Assembly: GCA_965215565.1 (NCBI GenBank)
Contig: CBDCDZ010000004.1
Location: 2,528,001 to 2,592,000 of the forward strand
From: Trueperaceae bacterium
GTDB taxonomy: Bacteria > Deinococcota > Deinococci > Deinococcales > Trueperaceae
DNA: 64,000 nt
Direction: 5' to 3'
The translations under genes were made by a program, and so were the position numbers. The stretch's first letter is position 1; every line of letters begins with the position of its first letter. Positions 17,570 to 28,299 of the stretch are shown piece by piece. The notes under the pieces were generated by a model that was given only the letters and a program-made list of their open reading frames with translations, made no database searches and was not told the DNA's origin.

Positions 17570-19209
17570 TGGGATACGAGATGCGGTTTCGCTTGCTGCT
17601 CCTCTTGGGGATGCTCATCGGCGCGGCGCTCCTCGCCGGCTTGTGGTTACAGAACCAGGGCGGCGTCGCGCTACCCGACGTGCTCACTTTGGGGGACAGA
17701 GCGGAACAGGGTAGCGCGGAGCAGAACCTAGCACAGAATTCAGCACAGAACAGCTTACAAGCGGGAGCAGAGGATAGCACACCTCAACCTAACTCTGCTG
17801 ACGCGCCAAGCGGCGCTGAACGCACGACTGAAGCCGTGCCCGGCACCCCAACCGTCACCGCGACCAGTACCCCAAACAACACCGTGAACGTCGCAGCAAA
17901 CCGTCAGACGGGACGCGGCGCGCTGCTCGGCGCTGCTGACGCGGTGGGCGTCGCGCAGGCACAAGCGTCACAGGAGCAGTCAGGACAGGATCAGGCGGGG
18001 CAAAACCAGGCTGCGCAGAGTCAGGCAGGGCAGGGCGGCGCAGGACAAGCTGAAGACCCGGCTGCTCCCCTCCAGCCCCAGGCGCGCCCCGTCAACGTCG
18101 TCGTCGCCGAGCCTGGCACGCTCAACGCGACGCGCATCACCTCGGTCATCGTCGAGCCCGCGCAGGAGAGCCGCATCGCGGCGGGCACGGACGGGCGCGT
18201 GGTGAACGTCTTGAAGCGTAAAGACGCGCGTGTTGCGAGAGATGAGCCCGTCGTCATCCTAGATACGGACACGCTGGAGTTAGAGGAGCAAAACACCGTC
18301 CTCGAGGTAGAGAGCGCCCGCGTCGCCCTGCAGCAAGCGCAGCAGGCGAACCGCGAGGACCAAGCCAGGGCGAACTCCGGGCTGCGCAGCGCCGAAGTGA
18401 CCCTAAACTCTGCGCGCCAGCGCTACACCGAGGCGCAGCAGCTCTACGCCGAAGGCTTTATCTCCTTAGCCGAACTCACCGCTTTAGAGGCGGAATTCAT
18501 CCAGGCTGAAACGGTCTATAACGACGCGCAGAACGCCGTTGCCAGAAGCGTGCGCGCCAACAGCGAGGGCTTAGAGATTTTGCGGCTCACGCTGCAGCAG
18601 GCGGAAACTCGGCTCACGCGCATCCGCCAAGCGCTCCAAGCCGCCACCATCCGCGCGCCTTTCGCGGGCGAGATCGTCGAAATGCTCGTCGAAGAGGGCG
18701 AGAGCGTCCAGGGGGGCGTGCCGGTCTTTCTCCTCGCCAATACCGACGAGCAAGTCGCCCGCTTCAACGTACCTTTGGACGTCGCCAGCCGCATCGTCGA
18801 GCAGGGCATCTTGTATATCAAGTACGGTGGGCTCGACTACGGCGCGAAGGTGCTGAGCCAGAGCCGCGTCGATCCCGAAACGCAGCTCGTCGAGATCACC
18901 GCCCGGCTCTACGGCTCGCAGACCCAAATTCCGAGCGGCGTCGTGACCCAGCTCCCCTACGCTTACAAGGCGGCTGAGGGCATCATCTTGCCCGCTGGCG
19001 CGGTGCAGAGTGAAGTCGGCGAGACCTTCGTCTACGTCGCTGAAGGGGACGCCGAAGGGAGCGTCGCCGCCCGCCAGAACGTCGAGGTGCTCGCCGAAGT
19101 CGAAGAGCGAGTGGCGGTGAACGGTCTGAGTGAAGGTGTGCGGGTCATTCATCCTGTTCCCAACGGCGTGCGTGAAGGGTCGCAGCTCGTTGTGTCGGAG
19201 AGTCCTTGA
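17569..19209 (+). CDS. Efflux periplasmic adaptor (MFP) with a long low-complexity N-terminal linker
   Basis: N-terminal TM; IRAPFAGEIV...VEEGESV lipoyl-like motif; ILPAGAV and GLSEG. Confidence 0.85.
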   Translation: MGYEMRFRLLLLLGMLIGAALLAGLWLQNQGGVALPDVLTLGDRAEQGSAEQNLAQNSAQNSLQAGAEDSTPQPNSADAPSGAERTTEAVPGTPTVTATSTPNNTVNVAANRQTGRGALLGAADAVGVAQAQASQEQSGQDQAGQNQAAQSQAGQGGAGQAEDPAAPLQPQARPVNVVVAEPGTLNATRITSVIVEPAQESRIAAGTDGRVVNVLKRKDARVARDEPVVILDTDTLELEEQNTVLEVESARVALQQAQQANREDQARANSGLRSAEVTLNSARQRYTEAQQLYAEGFISLAELTALEAEFIQAETVYNDAQNAVARSVRANSEGLEILRLTLQQAETRLTRIRQALQAATIRAPFAGEIVEMLVEEGESVQGGVPVFLLANTDEQVARFNVPLDVASRIVEQGILYIKYGGLDYGAKVLSQSRVDPETQLVEITARLYGSQTQIPSGVVTQLPYAYKAAEGIILPAGAVQSEVGETFVYVAEGDAEGSVAARQNVEVLAEVEERVAVNGLSEGVRVIHPVPNGVREGSQLVVSESP

Positions 19210-19887
19210 GTCCCCAATGAGGCTATCCCGAGACTTACATGAAGAAAGGGTTAAGACCCGCGTCATCTTCTCGCCCGGATGCTGTTGCTCGCACACCTCC
19301 GCGCAGATTTTTCGGCTCGTAAACGCGCAGAAGGGGGCTCGAGCCGCTTCAAGTCATACGTCTCACAGTCCTGTTCACCTGCGCTGAACCGTAGACCGCG
19401 CTGCTACATTTACTAAGCTGAAACGCCGACACAGCCTCTATCAAAACAAAGCGGGCTATAGAGAAGAACGCGCGTCTGTGAAGGAGATGACGCCGCCTAA
19501 TGGAAAGGGTACTCTATGCAAAATGTACGAACGGAAGTTGCCCGGTGGTGAGTTTTTCAAGGACACCTTGCGCATTTTTCACATTTACATCTGGAGAGTT
19601 GCGCGAAGCGAGCAACTTGTTATAGACTCCAAACGTGAGAACGAACGTTAATTTTCTCACTTCACCACAAGCGAAACAGTACAGGGGGTAACAGTGCGGG
19701 GACCATGCGGAGGGGACCACTCATGCAGGTGCATCATGTCCAGTCGCGCCCAACACATGACCTACCCAGTATGTTGACGACTATCCAACCAACCTCTGAT
19801 TCAGCCACCACCCAGCATCAGCGCAGCGCCAAACAGACAGCACGTTGCGAACCGTTATCCTAAAAGCAGTTATGAGGGGCAAGCACT

Positions 19888-21357
19888 ATGTTACAACCGT
19901 TCAAAAATTTCACTTGGCGTCCGAGCCGAGCAAAGAAGCGCTCGAGCCTACTCACCTTGCGTATTTCCTTTGTGATCACGGCGCTCGTTCTAACCGACTT
20001 AACAAGCGCCCTCTTCGCGATTCTCGCCGCTGATTATATTCACGTGCTTTTTGGTGCAGAGGTCAGCGTGCTCATCTCGGCGGGCAGAGCGACGCTCTTC
20101 TTTTTGCTCCTATGGCCCCTCATGTACCTGCACGAAGGGCTCTATCCGGGTTACGGTATTACGGCGATTCAACACCTTAGAAAACAAGTCGTCGGCACCT
20201 TTTACGTCGGCTTTATCATCTTAGGAATCAGCTTGTTCGTCAGCGAGTTCATCCTCTTGCCCGTGCTGTTCACGGTTTTAGCCACCACCATAGGGATGGT
20301 GGTGAGCCCGCTCTTCAAATACCTCACCAAGCGTTTTCTATCTTACTTGGGCGTTTGGGGCTCACCTGTCGTCATCATCGGGGCGAACCCGACGGGCAAA
20401 CTCGTCGCCGAGGTCATGAAGTCGCGCCCTTTAGTCGGGCTCAACCCCGTTGCTTTTTTTGACCATAACCCCGAATGCGTTGGGCGATTCGTCGCGGGCG
20501 TGCCCGTCAGAGGCACCTTAGAGGACGCGCAGCATTTCATCGAGAGCCGCGGGCTCAAGCACGTCTTCGTGACGCACACGGGGCTCCCTGACCACGGGCT
20601 CAAGCTCACCGTGGGGCGGCAGGGGGGCGCGCCTAAAAAGCTCAAGTTCATCTCTGACCTCTCGAGCTTGGAGACCACCCAGCGCTACGCTAGCGGTCTT
20701 CACAACATGATGACGCTGGACGTGCGCAACAACCTGGGCTCCGGTCTCAACCGGAGCGTTAAGCGCACCGTGGACGTCGTCGGCTCAGCCCTCGCCCTCC
20801 TGCTTCTCTTTCCTGTTCTCGCGGCGCTCTACCTGTGGATTCGTCTGGACAGCCCCGGCCCCGCGCTCTACCGCAGCCAACGCATCGGTCAGCGCGGCGA
20901 ACCCTTCTCGTGCTTTAAGTTTCGGAGTATGCGCGTGGACGCCGAAGCGCAACTCCAGCGGCTGTTCGAGGAAGACCCCAGATACCGCACTGAATACGCG
21001 CTGTTCCATAAACTCAGCGATGACCCGCGCATCACGAGGGCGGGCAGCGTGCTGCGTAAGTACAGCTTAGATGAGCTGCCCCAACTCCTCAACGTCCTCG
21101 TCGGCGAGATGAGCTTAGTGGGACCGCGCCCCTACCTGATGAACGAACTCGCCGAGATTCCCGAGGCGAACAAGATCGTCTTTGAGGCGAAGCCGGGCAT
21201 GACGGGTCACTGGCAGGTCTCGGAGCGCAACAACGTACGCTTCGAAGAGCGACTTTGGATGGAGGAGCACTACGTCCGCAACTGGTCCGTCTGGTGGGAC
21301 TTCATCTTGCTCTGCGAAACGGTCAAGGTGGTCATCAAGCCCAACGGGGCACGCTGA
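19888..21357 (+). CDS. Undecaprenyl-phosphate sugar phosphotransferase (WbaP/WcaJ type)
   Basis: N-terminal TMs; KRTVD, FKFRSM, DPRITR, SLDELPQL, MSLVGPRP, KPGMTGHWQV. Confidence 0.93.
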   Translation: MLQPFKNFTWRPSRAKKRSSLLTLRISFVITALVLTDLTSALFAILAADYIHVLFGAEVSVLISAGRATLFFLLLWPLMYLHEGLYPGYGITAIQHLRKQVVGTFYVGFIILGISLFVSEFILLPVLFTVLATTIGMVVSPLFKYLTKRFLSYLGVWGSPVVIIGANPTGKLVAEVMKSRPLVGLNPVAFFDHNPECVGRFVAGVPVRGTLEDAQHFIESRGLKHVFVTHTGLPDHGLKLTVGRQGGAPKKLKFISDLSSLETTQRYASGLHNMMTLDVRNNLGSGLNRSVKRTVDVVGSALALLLLFPVLAALYLWIRLDSPGPALYRSQRIGQRGEPFSCFKFRSMRVDAEAQLQRLFEEDPRYRTEYALFHKLSDDPRITRAGSVLRKYSLDELPQLLNVLVGEMSLVGPRPYLMNELAEIPEANKIVFEAKPGMTGHWQVSERNNVRFEERLWMEEHYVRNWSVWWDFILLCETVKVVIKPNGAR

Positions 21358-21502
21358 AGGCTACGTGTACAGATGAGGTGCGGACGCTCAGGTAACACTG
21401 TTAAGAAGAATATGAAAAGGCGGAAGGCAGCAGGCAACATAAAACCTTTAAGTCTTGAACGTGACGCCGCCTCTGCTGAACTTAACCTTAGCCAGTAAAT
21501 TT

Positions 21503-22720
21503 ATGGCGACATCAAACGAGGTAGTTAAAGAGGTGGCTGACACCTCCTCCACCGAACCCACCACTAAACCCATCGTCATCGCCACCTTGCACCGCCCAAC
21601 TGGGACGATAGGCGGCATTCAAAAACACTTCAACGTGCTGTTAGAGGTTGCCAAAGAGGTGGGACTGCGGGCCGATGTCATATCACCCTTCGCCGCCCCC
21701 GCCGCGCTCACCTATCCCTTACTCGGTGTAGGCAAAGGACTGGAGAAGTTGGGCGGTCCCGTCCACGCCTGGTACTACGAACGCGCCCGTTTGCTGCTGA
21801 TGCGCCGCGCCCTAAAGAGGCGGCTGGGTCCTCATACGTCCACCCTCGTGTACGCCCAAGACCCCGTCAGCGTGGAGGCGGCGCTGTCGCTTAAAGACGA
21901 GGGTTATGACCTCGAAATCGTCCTTGCGATTCACGTCAACCTCTCTATGGCGGAGGAGTGGGTGGGCAAAGGGTTCATTACCCGTAAGAGCCGCGTGTAC
22001 GAGCAGATGACGGCTCGAGACCGGCGCGCCCTGCCCCGTATGGACCGTTTGGTCTTCGTTTCACGCTTCATGGAGCAGCAGGTTCTCCGAGCCGTTCCCG
22101 CTATAAAAGACGTGCCGCGTCACGTCGTGCCGAACTTCGTGCAGACGGCGACGCGAAGTACGTCACCGCCTAAAACTGACCTCATCACCATCGGCACCCT
22201 GGAACCCCGCAAAAATCAAGCCTTCTTGCTCCGCACAGTAGCCGCCGCACACCGTGCGGGCTACCCTTACACACTGAGCATCGTCGGTGACGGCTCCGAG
22301 CGAAAGAGGTTGGAGGAACTCACCGACAAACTCGGTTTGCAAGACTTCGTCACCTTTACTGGTGCGACGCCTAAAGCCTGGACCCTCATCCCCGAGCACC
22401 GCGCCTACGTCCACGCCGCGCACATGGAGAGCTTCGGCATCGTTCTCTTGGAGGCGATGGCGGTGGGCAAACCCGTCTTCGCTGCGCCTGTTGGCGGTGT
22501 CCCTGAGGTCTTTCACGACGGCGCAGAGGGACACTACTGGAACTTAGATGACCCGCAGGGCGCAGCAGAGCGACTTGTAGAGGTGTTGGAACGTCCCGAG
22601 CGGTACGAGGCGATGTCGCGCGCCGCGCAGAAACGCCAAGCGGACCTCTTTTCGGTGGAGGCGGTGCGCGAGAGGTTGTTGGGGGCTATTTTGGGGCGGG
22701 CTCGAGGTACCGAGAGGTAA
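21503..22720 (+). CDS. GT4 glycosyltransferase
   Basis: GTLEPRKNQ, ESFGIVLLEAMAVGKPV, GGVPEV. Confidence 0.9.
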   Translation: MATSNEVVKEVADTSSTEPTTKPIVIATLHRPTGTIGGIQKHFNVLLEVAKEVGLRADVISPFAAPAALTYPLLGVGKGLEKLGGPVHAWYYERARLLLMRRALKRRLGPHTSTLVYAQDPVSVEAALSLKDEGYDLEIVLAIHVNLSMAEEWVGKGFITRKSRVYEQMTARDRRALPRMDRLVFVSRFMEQQVLRAVPAIKDVPRHVVPNFVQTATRSTSPPKTDLITIGTLEPRKNQAFLLRTVAAAHRAGYPYTLSIVGDGSERKRLEELTDKLGLQDFVTFTGATPKAWTLIPEHRAYVHAAHMESFGIVLLEAMAVGKPVFAAPVGGVPEVFHDGAEGHYWNLDDPQGAAERLVEVLERPERYEAMSRAAQKRQADLFSVEAVRERLLGAILGRARGTER

Positions 22721-22724
22721 CTCT

Positions 22725-22946
22725 CTACGATTCAAACGCGCTTCTAGGCACACCAGACTGCCGAATGATGGATTGAAGTGTACCTCTTCGAAGCTCAGCG
22801 TGATTAGGGACGGGTACAGTTGTCGTTGTCTCAAGCAACCGCTTTTGCATCACGATGTGGCTGCCGCGCTGCCGCACTTGAGTAAAGCCATACTGCTCGA
22901 GAATCGCACAGACCTCTTTCCCGGAGAGAACGCGCAGTTTACCCAA
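22725..22946 (-). CDS. hicA: HicA-family toxin
   Basis: GFTQVRQRGSHIVM, VPVPNH, GTLQSIIRQSG. Confidence 0.88.
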   Translation of the reverse strand: MGKLRVLSGKEVCAILEQYGFTQVRQRGSHIVMQKRLLETTTTVPVPNHAELRRGTLQSIIRQSGVPRSAFES

Positions 22947-23160
22947 CCGCGACCTCTAAGCGGGTGATGTACACCTCTTCGTGGAGACGCTGCTCAATCT
23001 CAGTGGGTGAGGCGGTTTCAAAGAAAAGCTCGAGCGCTTCTCGTAAGTTTTCCCGCGCCTCTTCAACCGTATCGCCTTGACTAGCGATGTCGAGTTCTGG
23101 GCAAAGCGAGACGTAACCCTCTTGCTCGCGTTCGATGATGGCTGTTAGCTGTTTGCGCAC
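22939..23160 (-). CDS. hicB: Short HicB-family antitoxin
   Basis: YVSLCPELDIASQGDTVEEARENLREALELF; overlaps hicA. Confidence 0.88.
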   Translation of the reverse strand: MRKQLTAIIEREQEGYVSLCPELDIASQGDTVEEARENLREALELFFETASPTEIEQRLHEEVYITRLEVAVG

Positions 23161-23199
23161 AGTGGTTACTCCAATTTCAAGGTTTGCGTGCAGCGAACT

Positions 23200-23400
23200 T
23201 CATATTTTCCCAAAAGACTCAATAGTTCTTTGAATTCGGGGCTCGCCAGCATAGCCTTCCTTCAGGAGCAGATAGTCTTTGACCAGTTGATACGCTGCCT
23301 CGAACAAAACTTCGGGAGGTTGGCTCTGCCAAAACGCGATGTCGAAATCATCATCCTCACCTAGTTTGCTGTAGTTTTCTTGAATGCGCATGTCATTCAT
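23200..23400 (-). CDS. Small hypothetical protein
   Basis: 66-aa ORF (FDIAFWQSQPPEVLFEAA...EPRIQRTI) co-oriented upstream of hicBA. Confidence 0.55.
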   Translation of the reverse strand: MNDMRIQENYSKLGEDDDFDIAFWQSQPPEVLFEAAYQLVKDYLLLKEGYAGEPRIQRTIESFGKI

Positions 23401-23475
23401 TCTACCGCATGAGCGAACTCTATTTTGTCAGCAAGGTAAAGATGAAGGTATATGTCCTCCAATCCAATGTCTCGG

Positions 23476-23946
23476 TCACAATTCTTTCGTCATTTGCACC
23501 TGCCAGGGGGTAAACCCCTCTTTAAGATTAAGCTCGATCATCGCTTTGTTCACGTAGAAGACACCTGTAGTAATACGCTTAGCGCCGTGCTCCCTCAGCC
23601 AAGCTTCCCCCAACCGCTTGAGTTCTCGAGCAATCCCTTTTCGTCTATGCCTTTGGTCTACCCACAGAGATTCGATGCGAGCTACCGTCTCGCCTCCTTC
23701 GTCCTCAACGCTGACCCAGTGAAAGCCTACGAGCTTGTCCTCCTTGTCTCGAGCCACCACCACATGCGTTTTAGCACTACCTGACGAATTCGACAAAACA
23801 GTGTAAATCTGTTCGACCGACGCTTCCTTGACCTCATAACCTTCGATCCAGCCGTGCTCGAGCGGTGCGCTCTGGTGCAAGCGGGCAATGGTTTCGATCT
23901 CTTCTAAATCGGTGAAATCCAAGCCGGAAAAGGTAGTATCGTCCAT
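23476..23946 (-). CDS. GNAT acetyltransferase
   Basis: LWVDQRHRRKGIARELK acetyl-CoA motif; N...LNLKEGF. Confidence 0.85.
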   Translation of the reverse strand: MDDTTFSGLDFTDLEEIETIARLHQSAPLEHGWIEGYEVKEASVEQIYTVLSNSSGSAKTHVVVARDKEDKLVGFHWVSVEDEGGETVARIESLWVDQRHRRKGIARELKRLGEAWLREHGAKRITTGVFYVNKAMIELNLKEGFTPWQVQMTKEL

Positions 23947-24168
23947 TATGAGGTCCTTTCAGTATTTTCTTTGAAGCTTTTGAGAATCTACCTAAGCTCA
24001 AGCGGTACTTTGAGGTGTAGCACTTCTTAGCATCGCTACTTAATCTCGGCAGGCGAGGCTGTTTCGGAGCATAGCTCGAGCCACTCCGACGTACACAATT
24101 CCACATCCTCCGCGCCACCACGCACGAGGACTACCCGCCCACCCCCGCACCTCCTTTATACTACGCAA

Positions 24169-25314
24169 ATGGCAGATTACTACGAGCTACTCGGCGTCTC
24201 ACAGAGCGCGGACGCGAAGGAAATCAAAGCCGCGTACCGAAAGCTCGCGCTGAAATATCATCCCGACAAGAACCCTGGCGACAAAGAGGCGGAGGAGACC
24301 TTTAAGAGCCTCAACGAGGCGTACGCGGTTCTCTCCGACCCGGAGAAGCGCACGCGCTACGACCGCTACGGCTCCGCTGACCCGCAAGCGGCGTTTTCCG
24401 GCGATATCTTCGACATCTTCTCGTCGGTCTTCGGCGGGGGCGTCGCGGGCGGCGGCTTCGGCGGGGCAGGGTTTGGTAGGGCGCGGCAGCGTGGACAGCC
24501 GGGCGAGGATTTGGAGGCGTCGCTGAGCATTACCTTGGAGCAGGCGAGGGCGGGCGAGAGCGTTCCCCTAGAGGTGGAGCGTTTAGGCGTGTGTGACCGC
24601 TGTGACGGAGAGAGAGCCGAGCCCGGCAGCGAAGGGCGCGAGACCTGCCCGACCTGTCGCGGTGCGGGGCAGGTGCGCGCGCAGACGCAGTCGTTCTTCG
24701 GCACGGTTGTGACCAACCAGGTCTGCCCGCAGTGTCGCGGTTTGGGCGAAGTCGTCATCACGCCGTGCGGCAAGTGTGTGGGCAGCGGACGGCAGCGTGT
24801 AAGAGAGACAGTAGAGGTCAACCTGCCCAAAGGCATCGACGCGGGCTACCGCTTGCGTTTGTCGAACGAGGGCAACGCTGGCATCGACGGCGCGAGAAAC
24901 GGCGACTTGTACGTCTACATCGACATGGAGTCTCACCCCCACTTCACCAGGGACGGCGACCACTTGCGCTACGCCCTGCCGCTCGGCTTGGCGCAAGCGA
25001 CGTTGGGGTGCGCCTTCGAGATTCCGACGATGGAGGGACCCGAAGCGCTGAGCATTCCACCTGGCACGCAGCCCGGCACGGAGTTCCGTCTGCGCGGCAA
25101 AGGGATGCCCCGCTTGCAAAAGATCGGCACGGGCGACCTCATCGTCACGGCGGACGTGCAAGTCCCCAAACGGCTCAGCGCAAAAGCGAGGGAGCTACTC
25201 GAGGCGTACGCCGACGAGGTGGACGAAGGCATCGAGGAGCACGAGAACCTTTTGGGGCGATTGCGCGGACTCTTCAAGCATAAAGACCATAAAAAAGACA
25301 AAGTCGAGAAGTAA
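24169..25314 (+). CDS. dnaJ: Chaperone DnaJ
   Basis: J domain with HPD, G/F-rich region, four CxxCxG repeats, C-terminal domain. Confidence 0.96.
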   Translation: MADYYELLGVSQSADAKEIKAAYRKLALKYHPDKNPGDKEAEETFKSLNEAYAVLSDPEKRTRYDRYGSADPQAAFSGDIFDIFSSVFGGGVAGGGFGGAGFGRARQRGQPGEDLEASLSITLEQARAGESVPLEVERLGVCDRCDGERAEPGSEGRETCPTCRGAGQVRAQTQSFFGTVVTNQVCPQCRGLGEVVITPCGKCVGSGRQRVRETVEVNLPKGIDAGYRLRLSNEGNAGIDGARNGDLYVYIDMESHPHFTRDGDHLRYALPLGLAQATLGCAFEIPTMEGPEALSIPPGTQPGTEFRLRGKGMPRLQKIGTGDLIVTADVQVPKRLSAKARELLEAYADEVDEGIEEHENLLGRLRGLFKHKDHKKDKVEK

Positions 25315-25320
25315 GCGCGG

Positions 25321-26088
25321 ATGCCCGGCTCGGTGACAGGTACGGTATCAGGTACGGTGCTCCTGACGGGCGCGACGAGCGGGCTAGGTCTCGAGCTAGC
25401 CCGCCTCTACGCCTCTAAAGGTGCGCCGCTCGTGTTGGTAGGGCGCAAACCCCTCTCTAAGTTGGACGCTTTCTTCACGCCTCAAAACTACTGCCAAGCG
25501 GACCTCTCGCAATCTGGCTCGGTCGACGTCATCCTCGAGTTCCTACAACACGCCCAAATCGACGCGCCCCTGCTCCTCATCCACAACGCGGGCGTCGGGC
25601 TCTACGGCGATGTCGCGGAGCATTCGGAGGGAGAGGTCGAGGCGCTCCTCGAGGTCAACCTCTTCGCCCCCATCGCCCTGACGCACGCACTGAGCGCTCG
25701 CACGAGAAAGGTCGTCTTTATCAGTTCTGTCGTGGCGGACGTACCCGCGCCGGAGTACGCGGCGTACGGCTCCTCCAAAGCGGCTTTAGACGCTCTTGCG
25801 CGGAACTTGCGGCTCGAGGCGAGAGGTGCACCGGAGGTGCAGACCATCCACCCCGGCGCAATCCGTACCGAGATGCACGCGAAGAGCGGCGTGCCCGAAG
25901 GGACGTTCAACGTCGAGCGGTTTCCGAGCGCGGAGAAGGTGGCGGAAGAGGTCTATAGGGCGATTGCGGGTCCTCGCAAAGACGTGACGATCGGCGTGAA
26001 CAACAAAGTGCTGCGCTTCGCGGGTACGTACCTCGCCGGACCTCTTGATAGGTTGATGCGGTACCGGGCGAAGAGGTCTGGAGGGTGA
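25321..26088 (+). CDS. Short-chain dehydrogenase/reductase
   Basis: TGATSGLG, HNAG, YGSSK. Confidence 0.9.
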   Translation: MPGSVTGTVSGTVLLTGATSGLGLELARLYASKGAPLVLVGRKPLSKLDAFFTPQNYCQADLSQSGSVDVILEFLQHAQIDAPLLLIHNAGVGLYGDVAEHSEGEVEALLEVNLFAPIALTHALSARTRKVVFISSVVADVPAPEYAAYGSSKAALDALARNLRLEARGAPEVQTIHPGAIRTEMHAKSGVPEGTFNVERFPSAEKVAEEVYRAIAGPRKDVTIGVNNKVLRFAGTYLAGPLDRLMRYRAKRSGG

Positions 26089-26855
26089 AGCGGTGCGCGG
26101 TTACGGGTGCGGCGAGTGGTATTGGGCGCGCGCTTGCGGCGGCGTACGTTGCCGAAGGTTTTGAAGTTGTGGGCGTTGACCGTGATGAGAATGGTCTGGC
26201 GGCAGTCGCACAAGAACTCGGGGAGCCGTTCTCTTTCATCCAGGTGGATTTAGGTGAGCGGGAAAGGCTCGAGTCCCTCGCCACCCAACTCGCACAAGGT
26301 TCACCTCTCGATGTCTTCATCCACAGCGCAGGCATCAACCACGTAGGCGCGTTTGTAAACTCGGACCTCTCTCGTCAGCGCTCTGTTTTGGAGGTCAACT
26401 TGAGCGCTCCTCTTCTTCTCACGGCGCACCTGCTCCGCCAAGAGGTCTTGAAGCGCGGCAGTTCACTCGTTTTCATCTCGTCGCTGTCGCACTTTGTCGG
26501 CTACCCCGGCGCGGCGGTCTACGCGGCGAGTAAGTCGGGACTCGCGGCGTACGCGCGGAGCTTGTCGGTAGCGCTCGCGCCGCGAGAGATTCATGTGCTC
26601 ACCGTTTACCCCGGTCCGACGCGCACGCCGCACGCGGCGAAGTATAGCCCAGGCGGGGCTTCAGACAAGCGCCTCGAGTCCCGCCGGATGCCGCCGGATG
26701 TCCTGGCACAAAAGATCGTCCGCGCCGTCCGCGCTAAGCGTCCCGTCCTCGTGCCCGGTCTCAGCAATAAGGTCATGGCGTCCATAGGACGTCTTGCGCC
26801 GGGCGTCACAGGAAGGGTAATGCGGCGCGCAATTTTGGACAAGCTGACGCGCTGA
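26085..26855 (+). CDS. Short-chain dehydrogenase/reductase
   Basis: TGAASGIG, HSAG, YAASK. Confidence 0.9.
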   Translation: MKRCAVTGAASGIGRALAAAYVAEGFEVVGVDRDENGLAAVAQELGEPFSFIQVDLGERERLESLATQLAQGSPLDVFIHSAGINHVGAFVNSDLSRQRSVLEVNLSAPLLLTAHLLRQEVLKRGSSLVFISSLSHFVGYPGAAVYAASKSGLAAYARSLSVALAPREIHVLTVYPGPTRTPHAAKYSPGGASDKRLESRRMPPDVLAQKIVRAVRAKRPVLVPGLSNKVMASIGRLAPGVTGRVMRRAILDKLTR

Positions 26856-26941
26856 TGTTGCCGCTCGGTGTGTCCATACTCCCCAACAGAACACGTAACG
26901 CGCAGCGTTTTGTCTCGTGAACGAGGTGATATTCTAGCAGC

Positions 26942-28240
26942 GTGGAAAGCACCTTGACGCAAAAAAAACTCGGCAACTGGCAGCAGGTGGTTCTGGACAG
27001 TCTCGAGGCGTACGCCGTCTTCGTTGCCGATACAGACGGAACGATTCTGACGTGGCAACCCGGCGTCGAGAGTATTCTCGGTTACGACGAAGCGTCTTTT
27101 ATCGGACAGAAGCTACATATCATCTATACCCAAGCAGACCGCGACGCGGAACTTCCTGGGCGGGAGATGCATATCGCTCAGCAAACCGGGCGGGTGCAGG
27201 ACGAACGGTGGCACCTCAAAGCGGACGGCAGCCTCTTCTGGGCGCTGGGCATCGTGACGTCGCTTTATGACGACGCGGGCACGCTCATCGGATTCACCAA
27301 GATTATGCGCGACAACACGCAGCGCAAACGCGAAGCGCTTGCGCTGCAGGAGCGGGAGTCGCAGCTCGCATTCGCGCTCGAGGCGGGCGCGTTGGGCACC
27401 TGGAGCCTGGATATGAGAACGGGTCTGCTGCGCTTCGACGCACGCTGCCGCGAACTTCTTGGCGCGCCTAAGCGGGTGCGCTACCAAGAGGTGTTGGAGC
27501 GCATCCATCCTAAAGACCGCGCCGACGTGTGGGGCGCGGTTCGCGCCGCGCTGACCCCCGCGAGCAACGGCACCTTCGAGGTGAGGTTTCGCCCCACCGC
27601 GTTCTACTCACCGCGCTGGCTTCTTGCACAAGGAAAATGCAGCTTCGAGAGGGACGGCACCGCGCACCAGCCGAGGCGCTTTGTCGGTGTGATGAAAGAC
27701 GTCACTGAGCAGACCCAAAAAGAGCAGACGATGGAGCAACTCGCGTATCAAGACGCCCTGACCGAACTCGCAAACCGCCTCTTTTTCGAAAAGCAAGCCG
27801 AGACGCTCCTGGCGCTTGCACGGCGGCACCAACGCAAGATGTACCTCATCTATATCGACTTAGACGGTTTCAAAGAGGTCAATGACACCCAAGGACACGC
27901 CGCTGGCGACGACTTACTCGTGCAGGTGACGCGGCGCTTCAGGGCGAGGGTACGCTCGAGTGACCTTTTGGGGCGTCTAGGCGGCGACGAATTCGTCGCG
28001 CTCGTCGAGGGCGACGTGAGCGCGAGGACGGTAGGGGAGCGTTACTTAGAGACCTTCGCGGAACCCTTCGACGTGCAGGGACGATCTGTCCATATCGGCG
28101 CGAGCATCGGCGTGGCGGAGTATCCCGAGGAGGGCGGCACCTTAGGGGCGCTCATGAGCAGTGCGGACATGGCGATGTACGAAGCGAAACGTTCGGGTGG
28201 CGGCGTCAAAGTCGCCGACTTGCAGCCGTCCGAGCTTTAA
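26942..28240 (+). CDS. PAS-PAS-GGDEF diguanylate cyclase
   Basis: Two PAS/PAC domains; DALTELANR, DLDGFKEVND, RSSD I-site, intact GGDEF. Confidence 0.92.
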   Translation: MESTLTQKKLGNWQQVVLDSLEAYAVFVADTDGTILTWQPGVESILGYDEASFIGQKLHIIYTQADRDAELPGREMHIAQQTGRVQDERWHLKADGSLFWALGIVTSLYDDAGTLIGFTKIMRDNTQRKREALALQERESQLAFALEAGALGTWSLDMRTGLLRFDARCRELLGAPKRVRYQEVLERIHPKDRADVWGAVRAALTPASNGTFEVRFRPTAFYSPRWLLAQGKCSFERDGTAHQPRRFVGVMKDVTEQTQKEQTMEQLAYQDALTELANRLFFEKQAETLLALARRHQRKMYLIYIDLDGFKEVNDTQGHAAGDDLLVQVTRRFRARVRSSDLLGRLGGDEFVALVEGDVSARTVGERYLETFAEPFDVQGRSVHIGASIGVAEYPEEGGTLGALMSSADMAMYEAKRSGGGVKVADLQPSEL

Positions 28241-28299
28241 TCTCTAGGCGTGTCGGTTCCATGTGCGCCCCCGCCCCTTTTCAGATAGACTGTCGTCTA

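Noticed and set aside
19210..19887. Riboswitch or small gene in the long region upstream of the wbaP-like gene
   Set aside because: No recognisable aptamer motif or convincing RBS plus ORF by eye; an Rfam scan could overturn this.
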